Shown: piece by piece, positions 50,953 through 61,762 of the stretch
How the letters are laid out: each line of letters begins with the position of its first letter
How positions within the stretch are numbered: the first letter of the stretch is position 1
Origin: Synechococcus sp.
GTDB lineage: Bacteria > Cyanobacteriota > Cyanobacteriia > PCC-6307 > Cyanobiaceae
Reading direction: 5' to 3'
Length of the DNA: 64,000 bases
Assembly (NCBI GenBank): GCA_047284725.1
Contig: JBJBEO010000001.1
Span: 2,136,203-2,200,202 of the forward strand
Notes under the pieces: generated by a model
What the model saw: the letters and a program-made list of their open reading frames with translations, nothing else
Databases searched by the model: none
Told to the model about the DNA's origin: nothing
Translations under genes and position numbers: made by a program

Positions 50953-52245
50953 TCAGACAAGCGCCGGCACAGTGGAGCCGACCGCATACAGGGGGAAGCG
51001 ACGGCAGAGATCGAGCACCCGCTCCTTGCAACGTGCCTGCATGGCGTCGTCTTCTGGGTTGAGCAGACGATCAGCGATCACATCCGCAACCTCAGTGAAA
51101 GCCTGCGCATCAAAACCGCGTGTGGTGAGGGCAGCGGTGCCGAGGCGCAATCCACTGGTCACAAATGGCGACTCAGGATCGAACGGCACGGTGTTCTTGT
51201 TGGCGGTGATATTCACGTCACTCACCAGCAGATCAGCCACCTTGCCGGTCATACCGATGCCACGCAGATCCAGCAGCACAACATGGTTATCGGTGCCGCC
51301 GCTCACCACATCGATGCCACGGGCCTGAATCTGTTGTGCCAGCGCCTGGGCATTGGCCACCACCTGGCGGCTGTAGCTCTTGAAATCCTCCTGGAGGGCT
51401 TCACCAAAAGCCACGGCCTTGGCAGCGATCACGTGTTCAAGGGGGCCACCCTGCGTGCCTGGGAAAACGGCCTTATCGAAGCGCTTGGCGAACTCTGCAT
51501 CGCGGCAGAGGATCAAACCACCACGGGGACCGCGCAGCGTTTTATGGGTCGTGGTGGTGACCACATCGCAATGGGGAACCGGGCTGGGATGCACACCAGA
51601 GGCGACCAAACCAGCGATATGGGCCATGTCGGCAAGAAGGAAGGCTCCCACCTCATCAGCAATGGCCCGGAAAGCGGCGAAATCAATCGTGCGGGGGTAG
51701 GCGGAGTAACCGCAGATGATCAGCTTGGGCTTGTGTTCCAGGGCCAGCGTGCGGATGGCGTCCATGTCCAGGCGCTGGGTGGCCTGGTCAACGCCGTACT
51801 GCACAACGTTGAACCATTTCCCGCTCACGTTCACAGGAGATCCGTGGGTGAGATGACCACCGTGACTGAGATCCATTCCCATGATCGTGTCGCCTGGCTG
51901 AAGCAATGCCAGGAAGACCGCAAAATTGGCTTGAGCGCCGCTGTGAGGCTGCACGTTGGCCCAGGCCGCGCCGAAAAGCTGCTTGGCCCGCTCGATCGCC
52001 AGCTCTTCGATGGCATCCACGTGTTCGCAGCCGCCGTAGTAGCGCTTATGGGGAAGACCCTCGGCATATTTGTTGGTGAGCACAGACCCCTGGGCCTGCA
52101 TCACAGCGCGGGACGCGAAGTTCTCTGAAGCAATCAGCTCCAGGTGTGTTTCCTGTCGGTTCTGCTCCTGGTCGATCAGAGCCGCGATCGCGGGGTCGGC
52201 ATCCACCAATGGGGCGTTGATCGGTGCTGAAGCGCGGTCTGACAT
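50953..52245 (-). CDS. glyA: Serine hydroxymethyltransferase
   Basis: [21 protein letters not shown] and [14 protein letters not shown] motifs. Confidence 0.98.
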   Translation of the reverse strand: MSDRASAPINAPLVDADPAIAALIDQEQNRQETHLELIASENFASRAVMQAQGSVLTNKYAEGLPHKRYYGGCEHVDAIEELAIERAKQLFGAAWANVQPHSGAQANFAVFLALLQPGDTIMGMDLSHGGHLTHGSPVNVSGKWFNVVQYGVDQATQRLDMDAIRTLALEHKPKLIICGYSAYPRTIDFAAFRAIADEVGAFLLADMAHIAGLVASGVHPSPVPHCDVVTTTTHKTLRGPRGGLILCRDAEFAKRFDKAVFPGTQGGPLEHVIAAKAVAFGEALQEDFKSYSRQVVANAQALAQQIQARGIDVVSGGTDNHVVLLDLRGIGMTGKVADLLVSDVNITANKNTVPFDPESPFVTSGLRLGTAALTTRGFDAQAFTEVADVIADRLLNPEDDAMQARCKERVLDLCRRFPLYAVGSTVPALV

Positions 52246-52303
52246 TGAAGGAGGCCTGCTGTTGACGAATCGTAGGAAATGACTTCCCACCACCCAATCA
52301 GAC

Positions 52304-52329
52304 AAAAAAAAACTGCCCGGGAAGGCAGT
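52304..52329 (-). terminator. Intrinsic terminator after tRNA-Arg
   Basis: Minus strand ACTGCC-TTCCCG-GGCAGT followed by a long T run. Confidence 0.85.
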
Positions 52330-52337
52330 GTTGCAAG

Positions 52338-52411
52338 CGCGCCTGGAGAGATTCGAACTCCCGACCCTCTGATCCGTAGTCAGATGCTCTAATCCGCTGA
52401 GCTACAAGCGC
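52338..52411 (-). tRNA. tRNA-Arg (anticodon ACG)
   Basis: GCGCTTG/CAGGCGC acceptor, anticodon arm TCTGA-CTACGGA-TCAGA, T-loop GTTCGAA. Confidence 0.96.
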
Positions 52412-52545
52412 TTGGGCCAAACCATCTGACCTCATCGAGGCACCCCTCGTCAACCATCTCGATGATTCCCCCGGGGTTTGCTCATCGCTGCAGGCGAAAG
52501 GCCAAGCCGAGCGCCACAATCAGAAGGCTGTACAGGCCCTGCTCC

Positions 52546-52830
52546 ATGCCAATCCGCTGGTACGGCCCAGCCAATCCCGACGATCCGATTTACCGCCACT
52601 TCAATCGGATCGTGAACGTGACGCTCCACGCCGGCGTGTTCGCCGCCGTGAACAGCGGCCTGTGGTTCGTTCAGGGCATGCGTCATCCCTGGACGCATCT
52701 GAACTGGCTGACGGAAACCTGGCTCGTTCTCCTCCTGGGCCAACTGATCAGAGTGCTGGCGCAGCGCCCCTCCACAGACGAGAGACAAACACCCCTTTCC
52801 CCTTCAGACACCAGCAAACCAACGTCATGA
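52546..52830 (+). CDS. Small two-TM conserved cyanobacterial protein
   Basis: MPIRWYGPANPDDPIYRHFNRIVNVTLH..VF...NSGLWF. Confidence 0.78.
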   Translation: MPIRWYGPANPDDPIYRHFNRIVNVTLHAGVFAAVNSGLWFVQGMRHPWTHLNWLTETWLVLLLGQLIRVLAQRPSTDERQTPLSPSDTSKPTS

Positions 52831-53117
52831 GCCTGGATGCCTCCGATCTGCGCGAGCTCACCAACGCAATCAGCGACCGACTGTTCATTCAGGTCGGCGG
52901 ATGGCATCTCTACCTCGGCGACGCGGGCCTCGCCGAGGCACTGGCCATCGAATGCAGTGCCCGTCTTGATCAAGGCGCAACCATCGCAGCACGCAAGGCT
53001 CTCGAGTCGCTGCAAGTCTCCCTGGGTGGAGGCAGCACCAAACTGCCGCTGGCACGCCTGATTCCGTCTGTTCAGCTTCGTGATCTCGAAGAGATGCTCG
53101 AGCAGCACTGCCGATAA
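52827..53117 (+). CDS. DUF3181-like protein
   Basis: I.V.GWHLYL.DA.L and V.LGGG...LPL..LIP motifs; ATGA overlap with the previous gene. Confidence 0.85.
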   Translation: MSLDASDLRELTNAISDRLFIQVGGWHLYLGDAGLAEALAIECSARLDQGATIAARKALESLQVSLGGGSTKLPLARLIPSVQLRDLEEMLEQHCR

Positions 53118-53141
53118 GGTGCTGCCAACCCTGGAGCTCCC

Positions 53142-53405
53142 GTGCTGATCATCGAGGTCACCAATGCTCGAGAGGTGATGCGGCAACGCATCGGCCGCCT
53201 TGGCGAGCGCCTGATCGGCAAAGTGGTGGATGCCGAGGCTCAGGTGGAGAAGGCCCTGATCCAGGAACTGGAGAACGCCTTCAAGGAATTCGGAATCGAA
53301 GCCCGCATCCTTTCCGTGCAGGGCCCCCAGGTCGTGGGGAAACAGCAGCTGGAGCTTCCGATTCAGGTGAGAGAAGACCGCAACGTCTGTCTCAGCGACG
53401 ACTGA
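53142..53405 (+). CDS. Conserved hypothetical protein
   Basis: 87-aa ORF with host-like codon usage, third gene of the small operon. Confidence 0.8.
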   Translation: MLIIEVTNAREVMRQRIGRLGERLIGKVVDAEAQVEKALIQELENAFKEFGIEARILSVQGPQVVGKQQLELPIQVREDRNVCLSDD

Positions 53406-54999
53406 AACGCCTGGTGAGCGTCCTCGTGATCTCTCGCACCTCTTGCACACCCAGGGCCTGGCCAACCGTCGCAAAGACCAGAAGGCCAGACGCCGCCGAT
53501 AGACCCACCTGGAACAGACGTCCGGTCAGATCGAGGGGCCAGGCGATCAGAGTGCTGACCCCCCAAGCGGCAACACCCGAGAGGGCTGCTGCCAGAAGCA
53601 GGCGAAGGCCATCGATTGACCACTGTTGCAGCGGCAGAGCCCGCAACTTCCATTGCAATGCCAGCAGGAGGGCGGTGCAGGTGATCAGATTGATCGCCAC
53701 CGTGGCCAGCACCAATCCCGGCGCACCAAGGTTGAAAGGCAATTGAGGTCCCCAGGGGGTTGGTCCACCCACCAACATCCAATCGAACACCACATTCATG
53801 CCGATCCCGGCCACCGAGAGACGGAAGGGGGTGGTGGCATCGCCAAGCGCGTAGAACACCCTCACCAGCACATCACGACCCAGATAGGCCGGCATTCCAA
53901 CGCCATAGGCCATGAGCAGTCCTGTCACCAACTGCACCGCCTGCGCGTCAAAAGCGCCGCGCTCATAGACGAGAGCCACGATCGGACCACCCAAGGCCAC
54001 GAACAGCGCTCCCAGCGGCAGCATGCTGGCGGTTGAGAGCATCAACCCTTGACGAATCCGTGCGACCAGCGCAGGGCGATCCTCCGGTGCCGTCAGCCTT
54101 GCGAACGTGGGCAAAAGCGGCACCAGCAGGGCATTGGAGATCAGCCCCAGTGGGGTCTGCACCAGCAGGTTGGCGTAGCCGAGACCGGCGGCCGCCCCCA
54201 ACAGCCCTGATGCAAAGAAGAGATCCGTGAAGACGTTGATCTGCAGCATTCCCGACGACAGAGTCGCCGGCCCCATCACCTTCCACACCTCCTGAACACC
54301 AGGATGTCGCCAGTCCCATACGAACTGCAGGCGTGCCAGTCCCTGCTTGATCAGAGCCGGCAATTGCAGCAACCACTGCAACAGTGCGCCCACGAGGGTG
54401 GCGAGCGCCAACACCACTCCACCGCGGATCGCAAACTGCGGCAAAGCGATCGACGTCCCGAGCTGCCACCAGAGCAATCCCACGCCCAGGATCAACGCCA
54501 GGCTTGACATCAAGGGGGAAATGGCCGGAATCCAGAATTCATCAGCGGCATTCAGCGATCCAAAGCCAAGGCCGATCAGCCCCGCCAGCAAAGCCATCGG
54601 CGCCATCACCTGCAGCTGCAGCACCGCGTTGTGATGCAGCTCCGGGCTCAGACCAGGGCCCACAAGGGTGATGAGCGGATCCGCCGCCACGATCAGCACC
54701 AGCGTCGCGAGCAGTAAGCCCGCACTGACCATCGTGTTGAGGCTGGCAAGGATGTGGGCCCCCTCTTCGCGCGGACGACGACTGAGCACACTGACCATGG
54801 CACTGTGAAAAGGCCCGTTGATCCCACCCAGAAGGATCAGCAGAAAACCCGGCAGCACATAGGCGTAGTTGTAGGCGTCATAGGCCGCACCCACACCAAA
54901 AGCTGCGGCGATCACCAACTGCCGCAGCAGGCCCCCCGCTTTGCTGAGCAAGGTGCCATAGGTCACCACCAGAGCGATGCGCTTCAGGGATCTCGCCAT
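53392..54999 (-). CDS. murJ: Lipid II flippase MurJ (MviN)
   Basis: SK..GL.RQ..IAA.FG, YERGAFD and RVFYALGD..TP motifs; many TM segments. Confidence 0.94.
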   Translation of the reverse strand: MARSLKRIALVVTYGTLLSKAGGLLRQLVIAAAFGVGAAYDAYNYAYVLPGFLLILLGGINGPFHSAMVSVLSRRPREEGAHILASLNTMVSAGLLLATLVLIVAADPLITLVGPGLSPELHHNAVLQLQVMAPMALLAGLIGLGFGSLNAADEFWIPAISPLMSSLALILGVGLLWWQLGTSIALPQFAIRGGVVLALATLVGALLQWLLQLPALIKQGLARLQFVWDWRHPGVQEVWKVMGPATLSSGMLQINVFTDLFFASGLLGAAAGLGYANLLVQTPLGLISNALLVPLLPTFARLTAPEDRPALVARIRQGLMLSTASMLPLGALFVALGGPIVALVYERGAFDAQAVQLVTGLLMAYGVGMPAYLGRDVLVRVFYALGDATTPFRLSVAGIGMNVVFDWMLVGGPTPWGPQLPFNLGAPGLVLATVAINLITCTALLLALQWKLRALPLQQWSIDGLRLLLAAALSGVAAWGVSTLIAWPLDLTGRLFQVGLSAASGLLVFATVGQALGVQEVREITRTLTRRFSRR

Positions 55000-55113
55000 G
55001 TGGTGGGCGTTTTCAGGAACGGAACTGGCCGGCATTCTCGGCCCAGCACCGCAGAGCGGCATGGCCGAGGGGCCACCATGGCCACCATCTCCCGCACCGG
55101 TTGCTGCGCACCC

Positions 55114-55881
55114 ATGCACGGTCAGTCCCTGCTCCAGTTTGAGCCCCTGCAGGAAGGGGTCCTGCTCAAGCGGTACAAACGCTTCCTCGCCGATGTTCGC
55201 CTGAGCGACGGCACCGAGGTGACAGCCCACTGCGCCAACACAGGGCCCATGACCGGCGTGCTGCAACCGGGGCAGCGGGTGCGATTGCGCCATGCACCTT
55301 CACCCAAGCGCAAGCTGGCCTGGACCTGGGAGCAGGCCGAAGTGCCTGGTACCGATGGTCAGCCCTGCTGGGTGGGCATCAATACCGCGCTGCCAAACCG
55401 TCTGATCCGCGCCGCCATCGAAGCCGGCTGCCTCCAGGAACGGCTCGGCGACATCGGCTCAATCCGAGCCGAAGTCGCCTATGGCAAGAACAAGCGGAGC
55501 CGCATCGACCTGCTGCTCCAACCCGTCGACACAGCCCAGGATCAGCGCCCGATCTACGTGGAGGTGAAAAACACAACCTGGACCGATGGATCGCTGGCGC
55601 TCTTCCCTGACACCGTGACTGAACGCGGGCAGAAGCACCTGCAAGAGCTGATGGATGTGCTTCCTGAAGCCCGGGCTGTGCTGGTGCCCTGCCTGAGCCG
55701 GCCGGATGTCACGGGCTTCGCCCCAGGAGACAGCGCCGATCCACGCTATGGCGAACTGTTCCGTGAAGCGCTGGCGGCTGGCGTCGACGTGGTGCCTTGC
55801 TGCTTCGACTTTGGAATCGATCAGATCCAATGGCGTGGGCTGAGGCCTGTGAAGCTCAACGCGACGCAGGATGCGACCTGA
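55114..55881 (+). CDS. sfsA: DNA/RNA nuclease SfsA
   Basis: RYKRFLADV, AHC.NTG.M, SRIDLLL, YVEVK and FPD.VT.RGQKHL motifs. Confidence 0.94.
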   Translation: MHGQSLLQFEPLQEGVLLKRYKRFLADVRLSDGTEVTAHCANTGPMTGVLQPGQRVRLRHAPSPKRKLAWTWEQAEVPGTDGQPCWVGINTALPNRLIRAAIEAGCLQERLGDIGSIRAEVAYGKNKRSRIDLLLQPVDTAQDQRPIYVEVKNTTWTDGSLALFPDTVTERGQKHLQELMDVLPEARAVLVPCLSRPDVTGFAPGDSADPRYGELFREALAAGVDVVPCCFDFGIDQIQWRGLRPVKLNATQDAT

Positions 55882-55883
55882 GT

Positions 55884-55976
55884 GCATCAACCGCTACCAA
55901 ACGACGTCCCAGTCCTTAGAGCAGGGTGAATTTGGTATCAACAGGCACATGAAAGGTGTTCATGACGATGCACTTT
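55884..55976 (+). promoter_or_regulatory. Two near-consensus NtcA boxes upstream of amt1
   Basis: GCA-N8-TAC at 55884-55897 and GTA-N8-CAC at 55935-55948; the second is followed 22 nt later by CACTTT. Confidence 0.55.
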
Positions 55977-56028
55977 GAATTGGATCGGTGGACATTTCCA
56001 CCGGACTCAGCAGCCCTGCTTCTCTTTC

Positions 56029-57498
56029 ATGACATCTGCTCTGCACTCGCCTGCGGGGGGGGGCAAGCGGCTTCAAGAAGTCAGTCTTCTTGAAGGTCCG
56101 ATGCTTCTCCTGCGCAGCATTCGCGGTTTTCGCACCAATCGCTCGCTCACCTGGCTTGCGTGCGTGCCCGTAGCCCTCCTTGGACTCGGCATCTTCAACC
56201 TTTCGGCTCACGCTGCTGATCTTCCTGATCTCAACGCAGCGTTCCTCGCCAACAACCTGTGGTTGCTGGTGGCAACCATTCTGGTGATCTTCATGAACGC
56301 CGGCTTTGCCATGGTGGAAGCCGGAATGTGTCGCCAGAAGAATGCGGTCAATATTCTGGCCAAGAACCTGTTCGTGTTCGCCCTGGCGGTGACTGCCTAT
56401 TGGTTCATCGGCTTTTCGCTGATGTATGGCAATGCCTTCTGGGAAGGAATCCTTTATTACGGCAAAGGCGGCGCATTCGGCCTGTTCTTCGATCCCGCTG
56501 TCACCCCAGAGATGGTGACGGACGGATCCCTCGTTCCCTCCGTTGATTTCCTGTTCCAGGCTGCTTTCGCCGGAACCGCTGCAACGATCGTTTCCGGCCT
56601 TGTCGCTGAGCGCGTCAAGTTCGGCGAGTTCGTGATCTTCGCTCTGGTGCTCACGGCCTTCATCTACCCCATCTCCGGTTCCTGGCAATGGAACGGAGAC
56701 GGCTGGTTGGCACAACTTGGTTTCATCGACTTCGCTGGTTCTTCCATCGTTCACTCCGTGGGCGCCTGGGCTGGCCTTGTCGGCGCCATGCTGCTCGGCC
56801 CCCGTATCGGCAAGTTCGTCAACGGCAAGCCTCAGGCTATTCCCGGCCACAACATGGGCATCGCCACCCTTGGTGCACTGATCCTCTGGATCGGCTGGTA
56901 CGGCTTCAACCCAGGTTCTGTGCTTGGGATGGACGAAACGGTTGCCTACGTGGCCGTGACCACCACCCTGGCTGCAGCTGGCGGTGCCATCGGTGCCACC
57001 GTGATCTCCACGATCACTTCGGGCAAGCCTGACCTCACCATGATCATCAACGGCATCCTTGCCGGCCTGGTGAGCATCACAGCAGGTTGCGGCAACATGA
57101 CCATGGTTGGCTCCTGGGTGGCTGGCCTGATCGGCGGCATCATCGTGGTGTTCTCGGTCGCAGCCCTTGACAACTCAGGCATCGATGATCCTGTCGGCGC
57201 TTTCTCCGTTCACGGCGTGTGCGGTGTGTGGGGAACGCTGGTTGTTGGCCTGTGGGGCGTTGACGGTGCAACCGGCATCGGCCTGTTCAACGGCGGAGGC
57301 ATCTCTCAGCTCGGCGTCCAGGCTGTCGGCTGCGCGGCCTACGCCATCTGGACCCTGGTGACCTGCTTCATCGCCTGGACGATCATCGGTGCTCTGTTCG
57401 GCGGCATCCGTGTCTCTGAGCAGGAAGAGATCGAAGGTCTCGACATCGGTGAGCACGGCATGGAGGCTTACCCCGATTTCGCCACCACCAACAGCTGA
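56029..57498 (+). CDS. amt1: Ammonium transporter
   Basis: FMNAGFAMVEAG, DFAGSSIVH, LWIGWYGFNPGS, IDDPVGA..VHG and EE.EGLD..EHG motifs. Confidence 0.97.
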   Translation: MTSALHSPAGGGKRLQEVSLLEGPMLLLRSIRGFRTNRSLTWLACVPVALLGLGIFNLSAHAADLPDLNAAFLANNLWLLVATILVIFMNAGFAMVEAGMCRQKNAVNILAKNLFVFALAVTAYWFIGFSLMYGNAFWEGILYYGKGGAFGLFFDPAVTPEMVTDGSLVPSVDFLFQAAFAGTAATIVSGLVAERVKFGEFVIFALVLTAFIYPISGSWQWNGDGWLAQLGFIDFAGSSIVHSVGAWAGLVGAMLLGPRIGKFVNGKPQAIPGHNMGIATLGALILWIGWYGFNPGSVLGMDETVAYVAVTTTLAAAGGAIGATVISTITSGKPDLTMIINGILAGLVSITAGCGNMTMVGSWVAGLIGGIIVVFSVAALDNSGIDDPVGAFSVHGVCGVWGTLVVGLWGVDGATGIGLFNGGGISQLGVQAVGCAAYAIWTLVTCFIAWTIIGALFGGIRVSEQEEIEGLDIGEHGMEAYPDFATTNS

Positions 57499-57547
57499 CT
57501 GAAGTGTTGGTTGAGAGGGGAACGCATTCAATCTGTTCCCCCTCGTC

Positions 57548-57576
57548 AAAGTCCGGCCTGCTGGCCGGACTTTTTT
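57548..57576 (+). terminator. Intrinsic terminator of amt1
   Basis: AAAGTCCGGCC-TGCT-GGCCGGACTTT followed by TTT. Confidence 0.88.
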
Positions 57577-57659
57577 CATAGCCACCCGCCAGTAGCTGGG
57601 ATATCACCACGTCAGCCCGCAAGGGCTGCCCATAGAGTCGTTGCACTGTTTTGGCAGAT

Positions 57660-58856
57660 ATGGATACCCACGCCTTTAAGCGTTCGCTGCACCATTCCGA
57701 TCGCTACAACCGACGCGGCTTCGGCCGGGCCGAAGAAGTGGCCGGCAGCCTGGAGCAGGCCTACCAGAGCAGCCTGATCGGGTCCATCCGGGACAACCAC
57801 TACAGACTCAGTCACGGCAGGCTCAACGTCCGACTGGCAGAGGCCTTCGGCTTCTGCTGGGGGGTTGAACGGGCCGTGGCCATGGCCTACGAAACCCGGA
57901 AGCATTATCCCGAGGAGCGGATCTGGATCACCAATGAAATCATCCACAACCCCTCGGTGAATGATCATCTCCGTGAGATGGATGTGGAATTCATCGCTGT
58001 TGATCAGGGCGTAAAGGATTTCTCCGGCGTTGGATCAGGCGATGTCGTGATCCTGCCTGCCTTCGGCGCCACGGTGCAGGAGATGCAGCTGCTGAATGAA
58101 CGCGGTTGCCACATCGTGGACACCACCTGCCCCTGGGTCTCCAAGGTCTGGACGACGGTGGAAAAGCATAAAAAGCACACCTTCACCTCGATCATTCACG
58201 GCAAGGTGAAGCATGAGGAGACCCTTGCCACGAGCTCCTTTGCCGGCACCTACCTGGTGGTTCTCGATCTCAACGAGGCCCAGATGGTGGCTGATTACAT
58301 CCTGGGTCATGGCAACCGCGAAGGGTTTATGGCTCACTTCGCCAACGCCTGCTCCCAGGGATTCGATCCCGACCGCGACCTTGAGCGTTTAGGCGTGGCG
58401 AACCAGACCACGATGCTCAAGAGCGAAACCGAAGAAATCGGCAGGCTGTTTGAGCGCATGATGCTGACCAAATACGGTCCCAGTGCCCTCAACGAGCATT
58501 TCCTGGCCTTCAACACCATCTGCGATGCCACGCAGGAACGCCAGGACGCCATGTTCTCCCTCGTGGACGAACCCCTCGACCTCATGGTGGTGATTGGCGG
58601 TTACAACTCCTCCAACACCACGCACCTTCAGGAAATTGCCGTCAGCCGCGGCATCCGCTCCTTCCATATCGATACGCCGGAGCGCATCGGCGCCGACAAC
58701 AGCATCGAGCACAAGCCCCTTGGCCAGGAGCTGACCTGCGAGACCGATTTCCTACCCAGTGGTCCTGTGACGGTCGGAATCACCTCCGGAGCTTCAACCC
58801 CCGATCGCGTGGTGGAGCATGTGATCCAGCGACTGATCGCTCTGAGCGAGAGCTGA
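57660..58856 (+). CDS. ispH: 4-hydroxy-3-methylbut-2-enyl diphosphate reductase
   Basis: [33 protein letters not shown] and GITSGASTP motifs. Confidence 0.97.
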   Translation: MDTHAFKRSLHHSDRYNRRGFGRAEEVAGSLEQAYQSSLIGSIRDNHYRLSHGRLNVRLAEAFGFCWGVERAVAMAYETRKHYPEERIWITNEIIHNPSVNDHLREMDVEFIAVDQGVKDFSGVGSGDVVILPAFGATVQEMQLLNERGCHIVDTTCPWVSKVWTTVEKHKKHTFTSIIHGKVKHEETLATSSFAGTYLVVLDLNEAQMVADYILGHGNREGFMAHFANACSQGFDPDRDLERLGVANQTTMLKSETEEIGRLFERMMLTKYGPSALNEHFLAFNTICDATQERQDAMFSLVDEPLDLMVVIGGYNSSNTTHLQEIAVSRGIRSFHIDTPERIGADNSIEHKPLGQELTCETDFLPSGPVTVGITSGASTPDRVVEHVIQRLIALSES

Positions 58857-58874
58857 GCCCCAGCCGGCTTTACA

Positions 58875-59573
58875 TTGGTCCATATGCGGGGGCCGTCCCC
58901 GGAGAGGGACCACCATTCCGTGCTGCTCTTGACGAGACATCCAGCCGAAACCCTGCGCCAAAGTGGTGATCCCCAAGTGCGTTGCTACAGCAGCCACTTC
59001 TCTGATGCCATGGAGATGCTGGCCCCTGTCGAACAGGTGAGTGCATACCTCGATCGCCATGACGGCTGGTTTCGGCGCTGCGCCAAACCGATGGACGTCG
59101 AGGTGCTCGACCCCCAGGCCTATGCCCTCAGTCTTGGTCGCTTCGGCAATTTCGGCTTTGAAGTGGAACCCACCATTGGCCTGCGTCTGCTTCCACAACA
59201 GCAGGGCAGCTACACGATCGCCACGGTGCCTGTTCCAGGCAGCAGCACGAGCATGAATGCCCTCTACGACGTTGACTTCCAGGCGTCTCTTCTCCTCGAA
59301 CAAGGCGCTGATCCAGCCGCTGCCCAGCAGGGACAACGCAGCGATGGGCCCCAGCACAGCACGATGGTGAGCTGGGATCTGGATCTCTCCGTCTGGATCA
59401 AGCTTCCGAAAGTAATCACCATGCTTCCCGACGGACTGGTGCAATCCAGTGGTGATCATCTGCTGCGTCAGATCGTGCGGCAAATCTCGCGGCGGCTCAC
59501 CTGGAAGGTGCAGGAGGATTTCCATGCCACCCACGGTTTGGTGTGCCCCCCACGCAAAAGGGCGGCGTTCTAA
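58875..59573 (+). CDS. DUF1997-like protein
   Basis: YL..H.GWF.RCA.PM, GFEVEP.IGL and GD.LL.QIVRQ.SRRLT.KVQEDFH motifs; true start may lie further downstream. Confidence 0.85.
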   Translation: MVHMRGPSPERDHHSVLLLTRHPAETLRQSGDPQVRCYSSHFSDAMEMLAPVEQVSAYLDRHDGWFRRCAKPMDVEVLDPQAYALSLGRFGNFGFEVEPTIGLRLLPQQQGSYTIATVPVPGSSTSMNALYDVDFQASLLLEQGADPAAAQQGQRSDGPQHSTMVSWDLDLSVWIKLPKVITMLPDGLVQSSGDHLLRQIVRQISRRLTWKVQEDFHATHGLVCPPRKRAAF

Positions 59574-59625
59574 ACGCAACGCCGCCCAGAGGAAGCAGAA
59601 GCAAAAGCTTCAGGACATCAGGCCG

Positions 59626-60084
59626 TCAGCGATTGGTCCAGATCTTGTTGACGATCTCCATGCCGCTGACGGCCTGCCAGAGAAACAGCGTCATCGTGCC
59701 CATGTTGAGGCCCACATGCGCCTTGCGAGCAATGAGATTGCCTTGCTGCATCAAGGGGGAGAGTGCAGCTGCCGCAGCGATCATGCCGGTCATGGCAAGG
59801 CCCACCAGCAGATGCGGACCAACAAACAATTTGCCGTTGTTGAGGTAGGTGACCGCCATGCCGCCAAGGGTGCCGAACACCATCAGTGCCAGCAGGCCGC
59901 TACCCCAGAGGTAATGGCGCTGGGCGAACTTGCCAGGGATCAGAGCCTTGCGTTGCTCAGGGGTGCCGGTACGGACTTTCTTAGCCTTAATACCAAGGAA
60001 CATCGCATAGCCACCTGCTGCCAGCAGCGACCACATCATCAGTGGATGAACAAAGTTGAGGCTGAATGGAAGGGTGGCCGGCAT
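59626..60084 (-). CDS. DUF4079-like membrane protein (cytochrome b561-like His pattern)
   Basis: HPLMMW, RHY..G, GPHL..GL and AR.AH motifs; four TM segments. Confidence 0.85.
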   Translation of the reverse strand: MPATLPFSLNFVHPLMMWSLLAAGGYAMFLGIKAKKVRTGTPEQRKALIPGKFAQRHYLWGSGLLALMVFGTLGGMAVTYLNNGKLFVGPHLLVGLAMTGMIAAAAALSPLMQQGNLIARKAHVGLNMGTMTLFLWQAVSGMEIVNKIWTNR

Positions 60085-60138
60085 CGAAACAGACGTTGCG
60101 CAGGAGGAGGCTAGAACTGCATCGCCCCCTGCAGTCGT

Positions 60139-61704
60139 TCAGTGCAGGAAATGGCGCCGGCCGGTGAGCATCATCGCCAGCCCCAGCTCATCACAAGCCT
60201 TGATCGAGTCGGCATCTCGCATGCTCCCGCCGGGATGGATCACCGCCGAGATGCCATAGCTCGCGGCAAGGCGCACCGTGTCGTCGAAGGGAAAGAAACC
60301 ATCGCTGGCCAGCACGGCCCCCTTCACCTGATCACCTGCCGCCTCGAGCGCCAGACGGGCGGAACCGACACGGTTCATCTGACCAGCCCCCACCCCGAGA
60401 CTCTGGCCATCCCGCGCCACCACGATCGCGTTGGACCGCACATGACGCACCAATTGCCAAGCGAACTGCAGATCGGCCCGTTCCTGCTCCGAAGGCACTC
60501 GCTGGGTTGCCACCGTCCAGTTGGAAGGATCGATCGGTTGATCATCGAGATCCTGCACCAACAGGCCACCAAGAATGCTTCGCACATGGTCGTGACCTGA
60601 AGCATCAATCGCGAACGCAGGCAATTGGAGCAGCCGCAGATTGGCCTTGGCCGCCAGCAGTTCACGTGCTTCGGCAGAGAAGCCAGGGGCCACGACACAT
60701 TCAAGAAAGAGACCCGTGAGTTCGCGGGCCGCAGCCACATCCACCTCGCCGTTGATGGCGACGATGCCTCCAAAGGCACTGACACGATCGGCATCCAACG
60801 CACGGGTGAGAGCATGAGCCACGCCATCACCAACGGCCACACCGCAGGGATTGGTGTGCTTCACCACCACAGCAGCCGGCTGCTGGGCAGGGTGGCAACC
60901 CTCCGTGCCGAAACCGAATTCCCTCACCGTTGCGAGGGCCGCCTCAAGATCAAGCAGGTTGTTGGTGCTCAACTCCTTGCCCTGAAGCTGCTCGGCACCA
61001 CCCCAACCCTGGCTTGGATGGCTGTACCAACGGGCGCTCTGGTGAGGATTCTCTCCATAACGCAGGGTCTGACGCAGAGGAACAGCTTCAAGCCATGGGG
61101 CCTGATCAACCTCCACTTGCCCGGCCATCCAAGTGCTGATCGCTGTGTCGTAGGCAGCGGTGTGCTGGAACGCCTCCAGGGCAAGCTGTCGGCGCAGATC
61201 AGCAGGCACTCCACCACCACCAGCAGCATCGAGCGCAGTCAGGACCCTCTCGTACTGATCGGGACTCGTGAGAACAGCAACATCAGCGTGATTCTTGGCC
61301 GCAGCACGCACCATGGCAGGACCACCGATGTCGATGTTTTCGATCGCCTTCTCCCAGGTGACATCGGGACGGGCCACCGTTTCCCGGAAGGGATAGAGGT
61401 TCACCACGACCAGATCGATCAAAGGGATCTGCTGCTGTTCAAGGTCTTGGCGGTGGGCAGCATCAGCTCGCTTGGCCAGGATGCCGCCATGCACGCGGGG
61501 GTGCAGCGTTTTGACCCGTCCCCCGAGGATCTCAGGGGCACCGGTGTGCTCCGCCACCTTGGTCACCGGCAAACCAGCGTCCTGCAGGACCTTGGCCGTG
61601 CCACCACTCGACAGCAACTGATAGCCATGCCGGCGATGCAAGGCTTCCGCCAGTGGCACCAAGCCCGTTTTGTCGGAAACGCTCAGCAGGGCGTACGGAG
61701 CCAT
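60139..61704 (-). CDS. purH: Bifunctional AICAR formyltransferase/IMP cyclohydrolase
   Basis: [40 protein letters not shown] and GRRHFLH motifs. Confidence 0.98.
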   Translation of the reverse strand: MAPYALLSVSDKTGLVPLAEALHRRHGYQLLSSGGTAKVLQDAGLPVTKVAEHTGAPEILGGRVKTLHPRVHGGILAKRADAAHRQDLEQQQIPLIDLVVVNLYPFRETVARPDVTWEKAIENIDIGGPAMVRAAAKNHADVAVLTSPDQYERVLTALDAAGGGGVPADLRRQLALEAFQHTAAYDTAISTWMAGQVEVDQAPWLEAVPLRQTLRYGENPHQSARWYSHPSQGWGGAEQLQGKELSTNNLLDLEAALATVREFGFGTEGCHPAQQPAAVVVKHTNPCGVAVGDGVAHALTRALDADRVSAFGGIVAINGEVDVAAARELTGLFLECVVAPGFSAEARELLAAKANLRLLQLPAFAIDASGHDHVRSILGGLLVQDLDDQPIDPSNWTVATQRVPSEQERADLQFAWQLVRHVRSNAIVVARDGQSLGVGAGQMNRVGSARLALEAAGDQVKGAVLASDGFFPFDDTVRLAASYGISAVIHPGGSMRDADSIKACDELGLAMMLTGRRHFLH

Positions 61705-61762
61705 GGGATCAAGGCGTAATCAGTCCTGAGCCAACCTACGCAGCAATCCTCCATCCCTTCTG

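Noticed and set aside
9307..52411. tRNA-anchored genomic island or prophage
   Set aside because: I saw no integrase, phage gene, transposase or duplicated tRNA 3' end near any of the three tRNAs; the flanks are core genes.
57592..57607. Possible NtcA box GTAGCTGGGATATCAC before ispH
   Set aside because: The right half-site does not match TAC at N8 spacing.
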